Assembly: GCA_964502215.1 (NCBI GenBank)
Contig: CAZCUN010000007.1
Span: forward strand, 2,794 to 66,793
DNA from: an uncultured Rhizobiaceae bacterium
GTDB taxonomy: Bacteria > Pseudomonadota > Alphaproteobacteria > Rhizobiales > Rhizobiaceae
Reading direction: 5' to 3'
DNA length: 64,000 nucleotides
The notes under the pieces were generated by a model. It worked only from the letters and a program-made list of their open reading frames with translations, made no database searches and had not been told where the DNA came from. Made by a program: the position numbers and the translations under genes. Positions 59,235 through 64,000 of this stretch are shown one piece after another. The stretch's first letter is position 1. Every line of letters begins with the position of its first letter.

Positions 59235-59882
59235 TTATTCAGAAGTATGTGCTTGGAAAACAACATCTTCGCCTTCTAAGCGCGCAGTTACCGCCATTTG
59301 AGATGCCTCGGCAAGTTGAAGTGTGTAAACAGGCTGAATAGCATGTGCATCCAATGTCTCTTCAAAAGTACCATTCAACAAATCTAGGAAAGCAGGAGGA
59401 ACGCGTCCTTTAACGCCACTGGAAGTCACTTTAAACTTCGGAGAACCATTCGGATCTTCAATTTCAACCTTCACCAAGCCACCTCTAGGGATAGCAGAAA
59501 GACCAATCAAAACTAAATTCAGCAATAGTTTTACTTGGTTTTTTGCCATTAAAGCACGTTCCCCGTGCCATTCGATGTCTGTTTTCTTTTCATTGTCAAA
59601 AAACGCACGCGCAACACTTTCTGCATCACCTGTATCGATATGAGCACCAGCAGAACCTGCCGCGCCAAAGGCTATACGAGCATATTGCAATCTAGCAGAA
59701 GCATTCTTGGCAGATGAACGAATAAGATCCATCGCAATTTCAGATGTTTCTTCGTCAGCCCCTTCGTCTAGCAGCTCAATACCATTGGCAATTGCACCCA
59801 CAGGAGAGATTACATCGTGACAAACACGTGAGCATAATAGTGCAGCTAAATCCATTCCAGCCAATTCAGGTAGTTTTTGCAT
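59235..59882 (-). CDS. chpT: histidine phosphotransferase ChpT
   Basis: …LAALLCSRVCHDVISPVGAIANGIELL… phospho-His helix, followed by a pseudo-CA domain. Confidence 0.85.
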   Translation of the reverse strand: MQKLPELAGMDLAALLCSRVCHDVISPVGAIANGIELLDEGADEETSEIAMDLIRSSAKNASARLQYARIAFGAAGSAGAHIDTGDAESVARAFFDNEKKTDIEWHGERALMAKNQVKLLLNLVLIGLSAIPRGGLVKVEIEDPNGSPKFKVTSSGVKGRVPPAFLDLLNGTFEETLDAHAIQPVYTLQLAEASQMAVTARLEGEDVVFQAHTSE

Positions 59883-60172
59883 AAGTATGGTTCCCGTTAA
59901 GCAATATATTCAAAAATTTAATCGTTATACATGATATATCGCGCATAACGAATCATCATTAATAACACTTAATATATTAACAGTATTTCCCCTCTTCGAT
60001 AACCAGAATTCCAATTTCAGGCAAGAACTCTTGCGTAGGCTTAGTTATGTTTTGGAAAATAAGTAAAAATGTCACGAAAAAGTCACGATTGATTCACCTT
60101 TCGGAAAAGGTTTTCATTAATAATACCCCCTAGGCGACTGCCCCTTCTAAATCTAAGAGCCAAGGAAACATT

Positions 60173-60778
60173 ATGGAACACGTTAAAAACGCAACGTTTA
60201 GCTTCTTCAGTCATATTCTGAATGCATTGCTACTTACAATGTTATTGAGCATTACAATTATCTCAACAAACACAGTTGCAAAAGCGCAAAGCAGTGAACA
60301 TTATTCAAGTCAGGAAGTCTTGAATGCGGGACACAAGTTTTTTGGAGCAACCTCAGGTAATATTGCTGCAGCCTTTGAAAAAGCTTTCGCAAAATACGGC
60401 TTACCAAACGGCTATATTCTGGGCGAAGAAGCCAGTGGCGCTTTTATTGCTGGGTTGAGATATGGCGAAGGATTTCTCTACACTAAAAATGCTGGTGATC
60501 ATAAAGTATTCTGGCAAGGACCATCAATCGGTTGGGATTATGGTGCAGACGGCAATCGCACTATGATGTTGGTTTATCACCTTCCGAACGTTGATACGCT
60601 TTATAAAAGATATGCTGGCGTTACGGGATCAGCTTTTGCAATCGGTGGCGTTGGCGTAACAGCACTGACACGCCAAGGCGTTCATCTTGTACCGATAAGA
60701 ACAGGCGTTGGTGCACGGTTAGGGATTAACCTTGGCTACTTAAAGCTACGCAAAACACCACGTGTTAATCCATTTTAA
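60173..60778 (+). CDS. eipA: DUF1134 periplasmic protein (EipA-like)
   Basis: Signal peptide followed by …GYILGEEASGAFIAGLRYGEG…GPSIGWDYGA…. Lies beside chpT/ctrA. Confidence 0.65.
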   Translation: MEHVKNATFSFFSHILNALLLTMLLSITIISTNTVAKAQSSEHYSSQEVLNAGHKFFGATSGNIAAAFEKAFAKYGLPNGYILGEEASGAFIAGLRYGEGFLYTKNAGDHKVFWQGPSIGWDYGADGNRTMMLVYHLPNVDTLYKRYAGVTGSAFAIGGVGVTALTRQGVHLVPIRTGVGARLGINLGYLKLRKTPRVNPF

Positions 60779-60801
60779 TCTACTAAAAAATTAATGATTA
60801 C

Positions 60802-60830
60802 AAAAGACGCTTAGAAAGGCGTCTTTTTTT
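60802..60830 (+). terminator. rho-independent terminator
   Basis: AAAAGACGC-TTAGAAAG-GCGTCTTTT followed by TTT. Confidence 0.8.
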
Positions 60831-60974
60831 ATGGCAACTTCATAAGATTGCCATCTATTAACCTTAACCAAGCCTTTACATAGCATTTCTTAGTTTCTCA
60901 TGCGAAAATAAGCATCAATGACACCTGCAAAGCTTATTAAGCTAAGCTGTAAATTTTAAAATGTTGGAAATTCA

Positions 60975-62237
60975 ATGTTACTGGAAATAGTTCTTTATTT
61001 TGTTCTGGGGTTCTTTGTAGCTGGCTTATTAGCCTTGATGGTATCTCCTGTTATATGGAACAGAGCTGTTGAATTGACGCGTCAAAAGATTGAAAGCTCT
61101 GTCCCCCTTTCCGTAAACGAGATACAGGCTGATAAAGATCAACTTCGTGCAGAATTTGCAATGAGCACGCGCCGCCTTGAAATTAGCATTGATGAATTGC
61201 GTGAAAAAGCTTCTGAGCAATTAATAGAAATAAATCGTAAGCGTGACCAATCTGCTAAATATGACGCAGACATGAAAGAACGCCTTAAATCAATCAGTGA
61301 ATTAGAAGCAAAGGCAAGCGACTTAAGGTCTAAGCTTTCAATTAAAGAAGCTGAACTAGTAGCAATCAAAACTAAGCAAGATAAACTAGAAACCCAATTT
61401 GCTGGCACTTCAGAAGAGTTGAGTGAAATTCGGAAAAAATACTCTACTAGCGAAGAAGAACTCTCAGAAAAGCGTGTTGCTCTTGTTGCAAAAGAAAGCA
61501 AAATAGAAAGCCTCACAAATACATTTACAAATATTAATGTTGGAAATGATGAGGGTTTAGAAAGATATAGAGAATTAGGCCTTGAGCTTGCAAATGTTAA
61601 AGAACAATTGGATTCTGAAAAACAACGTAGTGTTGAGGCTGAAGCACTTGCAAATGCAGCTAAAGAACAAGCAGAAGAGGCAATTTCTAAATTAGAATCC
61701 CGTGAAAAAGATTTAAACACTTCACGAAAATCTAATGGCCAAGACAGTTCAAATATTTTGGATTTAAATGAGGAATTGATCAACGAAAAATCTAAAGTCG
61801 TTGAACTTGAAGCTAAACTAGCAAAACAAAAAATTCATACAGAGGCACTTTTAAACGACGCTTCTAATGAAAATGTACGCGCAGCAATGAGCAGCATTAA
61901 TGCTGACATGGAAGAAAAAATTACCAATGTAAAATCATTGGAAAAGGAACGTAATCAGCTCAAAAAGCAACTCAATATGTTATCTTCTAATGTAAACAGT
62001 AATTGGTCAGACGAGCGTCAAGACAATGCAGTATTGCGTGAACGCATGAATGATATGGCTGCGCAGATTGCTGCAATGACTGCGCAGGTTGAAGGAAAAT
62101 CTTCTCCAATTCATAAAATCGTTAAATCTGAAAAGCGGTCAAAAAAGGTATTTTCACAATCTAATGGCACACAAGAAGATAATACAATTTCTTTAGCAGA
62201 GCGTATCCGAGCCATCCAAAATGCAGCAAATAATTAA
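60975..62237 (+). CDS. membrane-anchored long coiled-coil protein
   Basis: N-terminal TM segment (LEIVLYFVLGFFVAGLLALMV) followed by about 380 aa of E/K/L/S-rich heptads. Confidence 0.6.
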   Translation: MLLEIVLYFVLGFFVAGLLALMVSPVIWNRAVELTRQKIESSVPLSVNEIQADKDQLRAEFAMSTRRLEISIDELREKASEQLIEINRKRDQSAKYDADMKERLKSISELEAKASDLRSKLSIKEAELVAIKTKQDKLETQFAGTSEELSEIRKKYSTSEEELSEKRVALVAKESKIESLTNTFTNINVGNDEGLERYRELGLELANVKEQLDSEKQRSVEAEALANAAKEQAEEAISKLESREKDLNTSRKSNGQDSSNILDLNEELINEKSKVVELEAKLAKQKIHTEALLNDASNENVRAAMSSINADMEEKITNVKSLEKERNQLKKQLNMLSSNVNSNWSDERQDNAVLRERMNDMAAQIAAMTAQVEGKSSPIHKIVKSEKRSKKVFSQSNGTQEDNTISLAERIRAIQNAANN

Positions 62238-62255
62238 AACGCTTTTCGGGTTAAA

Positions 62256-62642
62256 CTATTTAATCTTTATACGGCTGACAACATTTCCTGTTTGAAGATT
62301 AACAATCCAAAATTGCTCTGCGCCATCTTTCATAAGTAACCTCAACATAAGGTTATTATTAGAAAGGCTTGATGACGTTATATTCACACCTTCAGGAAGA
62401 GCAATTTCTAAGCTTTCTAAAACATTTCCTGCGCTGTTCTCTATGGTTTTAAGGTTAGAATTTTCACTTTCAGCAGCATTCTCCTGCGAAGTTTGACTAA
62501 TTTTATAGACAACAGCCCCAAGAACCGTGATAAGCGCTAGCAACATGAGACCAATTGAGATGCCAAGTAATCGAACCATTTTAACACGAACTTTTTCCAT
62601 CACTGGATCAAGCGGCTCTTCTTCATCAATTTGGGAATCCAT
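62256..62642 (-). CDS. single-pass membrane protein, unknown function
   Basis: 128 aa from the ATG at 62642. TM segment LLGISIGLMLLALITVLGAVVY. Confidence 0.45.
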   Translation of the reverse strand: MDSQIDEEEPLDPVMEKVRVKMVRLLGISIGLMLLALITVLGAVVYKISQTSQENAAESENSNLKTIENSAGNVLESLEIALPEGVNITSSSLSNNNLMLRLLMKDGAEQFWIVNLQTGNVVSRIKIK

Positions 62643-62669
62643 AATTTTACCTTTAGAAAAGACTTTCAA

Positions 62670-63695
62670 ATGACTGTTAGCGAAGAGAACGCCAAAGGGA
62701 AAGCCTTGATTGCACAAGAAGAGCACATAGGCACAAGATTAGATGCTTTTATTGCGTCTTTTATGCCGAGCTATGTCTCTCGCTCACGTGTAACAGAAAT
62801 TATCAAGCAAGGTGGCGTGACTGTAAACAGTAAGGAAATAAAAAAACCAAACCAGCGTTTAAAGCTTGATGACCATGTCATTATGGAGGTTCCAGCCCCC
62901 GAAGAAGCAACACCTGAACCTGAAAATATTCCGCTTGATATCTACTATGAAGATGATCACCTTTTAATCGTCAACAAACCAGCAGGAATGGTTGTCCACC
63001 CTGCCCCAAGTCATTGGAGCGGAACAATGGTGAACGCACTACTTTATCATTGCGGCGAAACACTGTCTGGCATTGGCGGTGTAAGACGCCCTGGCATCGT
63101 CCACCGTTTGGATAAAGACACATCAGGTCTGTTAGTTGTAGCAAAAAATGAGCGTACGCATTCAGGCCTTACAAGACAGTTTATGGATCATGGACGTACT
63201 GGCCCACTTCAAAGAAATTACCTTGCACTTGTTTGGGGGCGGTTTGAAAAATTAACCGGAAGCGTAAATGCTCCCCTTGCCAGATCGCCAAACAACCGCA
63301 AGAAAAGAGCAGTGGTCAAAGAAGATCATACAGAGGCAAAAGAAGCGATCACACATTTCACCGTAAAATCAGAATATGGTATGGACGAAGACGGTTTCCC
63401 AATCTGTTCGCTAGTAGAATGCAGATTAGAAACAGGCCGCACACACCAAATCAGAGTTCACATGAGCCATATCGGGCACCCGCTTGTTGGTGATCAAGAT
63501 TACGGCAAACACTTCCAAACTAAAGAAAACACCTTGCCTGATGAAACCAGGGACGTCGTAAAAAACTTCAAACGCCAAGCATTACATGCAGCACTCTTAG
63601 GCTTTGAACATCCCGTTACAAAAGAACATATAAAATTCGAAGCCCCTATTCCAGAGGACTTTGATATCTTGCTTCGTTCCTTTAAATCAGAATGA
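62670..63695 (+). CDS. rluD: RluA-family 23S rRNA pseudouridine synthase (RluD-type, with S4 domain)
   Basis: …HRLDKDTSGLLVVAK… catalytic motif and …GRTHQIRVHM…. ATG at 62670. Confidence 0.85.
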   Translation: MTVSEENAKGKALIAQEEHIGTRLDAFIASFMPSYVSRSRVTEIIKQGGVTVNSKEIKKPNQRLKLDDHVIMEVPAPEEATPEPENIPLDIYYEDDHLLIVNKPAGMVVHPAPSHWSGTMVNALLYHCGETLSGIGGVRRPGIVHRLDKDTSGLLVVAKNERTHSGLTRQFMDHGRTGPLQRNYLALVWGRFEKLTGSVNAPLARSPNNRKKRAVVKEDHTEAKEAITHFTVKSEYGMDEDGFPICSLVECRLETGRTHQIRVHMSHIGHPLVGDQDYGKHFQTKENTLPDETRDVVKNFKRQALHAALLGFEHPVTKEHIKFEAPIPEDFDILLRSFKSE

Positions 63696-64000
63696 CTGCT
63701 TGACTTACAAGCCATTCAGTAAGATACACAACATTGTCTCGACCCGCTGCCGCGTGAGCAGCATGTGCTAATTTTATAAAGCCAAAGGTACGAACAAGAT
63801 ACAAACAATGGCATTTTATAAGAAATGCCGAAACTTCCAAGTTTCCATTTCACGCGGGGATCTGACGGTTAACCGGTCAAAGAACAATTCAGTTCAAGAC
63901 GAGAACTTAACCGCAACCGCTACAACAAGCCTACGTGTGTTTTTTCATGCGTTGGATTGTTTTGAATTATGAAAAGATATTATTTTGACTAATTTCTCAG

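Noticed and set aside
61139-61783. 214-aa ORF antisense to the coiled-coil gene.
   Set aside because: This is an antisense shadow ORF, typical of repetitive GAA/AAG-rich coiled-coil coding sequence. It is Ser/Phe/Leu-rich nonsense.
63696-64000. Gene or RNA downstream of rluD, for example the start of rpoH or an sRNA. A TTGACT-17-GATACA promoter-like sequence lies near 63709 and a GGCATTT…AAATGCC hairpin near 63820.
   Set aside because: No ORF of meaningful length starts before the window ends. The promoter and hairpin are individually weak, so I cannot support a call.
1-64000. Mobile elements, prophage, defence islands, tRNA or rRNA genes.
   Set aside because: I saw no integrase, transposase, nuclease-helicase or phage-structural motifs in any translated ORF, and no tRNA T-arm consensus on reading. 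The scan was by eye only, so tRNAscan-SE, ISEScan and DefenseFinder would be needed to make this definitive.

Overview
This 64-kb window looks like an alphaproteobacterial chromosome segment. The evidence is a ctrA / chpT / sciP-like / DUF1134 (eipA-like) cell-cycle locus at about 56-62 kb. The sequence is fairly AT-rich and densely coding, with about 64 protein genes. I found no rRNA, tRNA, CRISPR array, transposase or integrase.

Gene content by region:
- 0.3-12.9 kb: acyl-CoA and beta-oxidation-type genes. These include an acyl-CoA dehydrogenase, a quinone oxidoreductase, a hydratase-2 and dehydrogenase encoded as separate genes (as in a split MFE-2), a thiolase, a family III CoA-transferase, a TPP enzyme and an acyl-CoA synthetase.
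- 12.9-15.3 kb: an uncharacterised four-gene membrane redox cluster containing a ferric-reductase-type membrane domain fused to a Rieske domain.
- 15.8-21.7 kb: an agmatinase-family gene followed by a Pot-type ABC importer operon.
- 21.7-22.5 kb: a sirtuin (cobB) gene broken by one in-frame TAG.
- 22.5-24.5 kb: Crp/Fnr regulator, rhodanese, DUF2892 and GST genes.
- 24.7-26.1 kb: a coiled-coil gene broken by one in-frame TAA. It carries a perfect 27-bp tandem duplication and sits behind a cluster of GANTC sites.
- 26.1-31.3 kb: trhO, an Lrp-type regulator and an indolepyruvate:ferredoxin oxidoreductase.
- 37.9-47.3 kb: IorAB-type molybdoenzyme, then PhyH dioxygenase, Asp/Glu-racemase-like protein, M20 deacylase, C-S lyase and a DMGDH-like enzyme.
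- 47.5-49.6 kb: a ROK kinase and mnmA.
- 50.4-53.5 kb: an operon of desaturase, TIM-barrel protein, exported pentapeptide-repeat protein and MBL hydrolase.
- 62.7-63.7 kb: rluD.

The most interesting candidate system is at 31.5-37.3 kb. A HAS/NodC/chitin-synthase-type processive GT2 synthase is translationally coupled to a protein that appears to fuse a pseudo-receiver domain, a membrane anchor and an HlyD-like periplasmic adaptor. That in turn is coupled to a TolC/NodT-like lipoprotein. A TviB/WecC-type N-acetylhexosamine dehydrogenase is transcribed divergently. This looks like a synthase-dependent exopolysaccharide pathway that exports through an efflux-pump-like envelope conduit.

Two intergenic regions (9.14-9.43 kb and 54.04-54.59 kb) are structured and non-coding, and I could not assign them to any RNA family by eye.

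All functional calls come from reading the supplied translations for family motifs. No database search was run.
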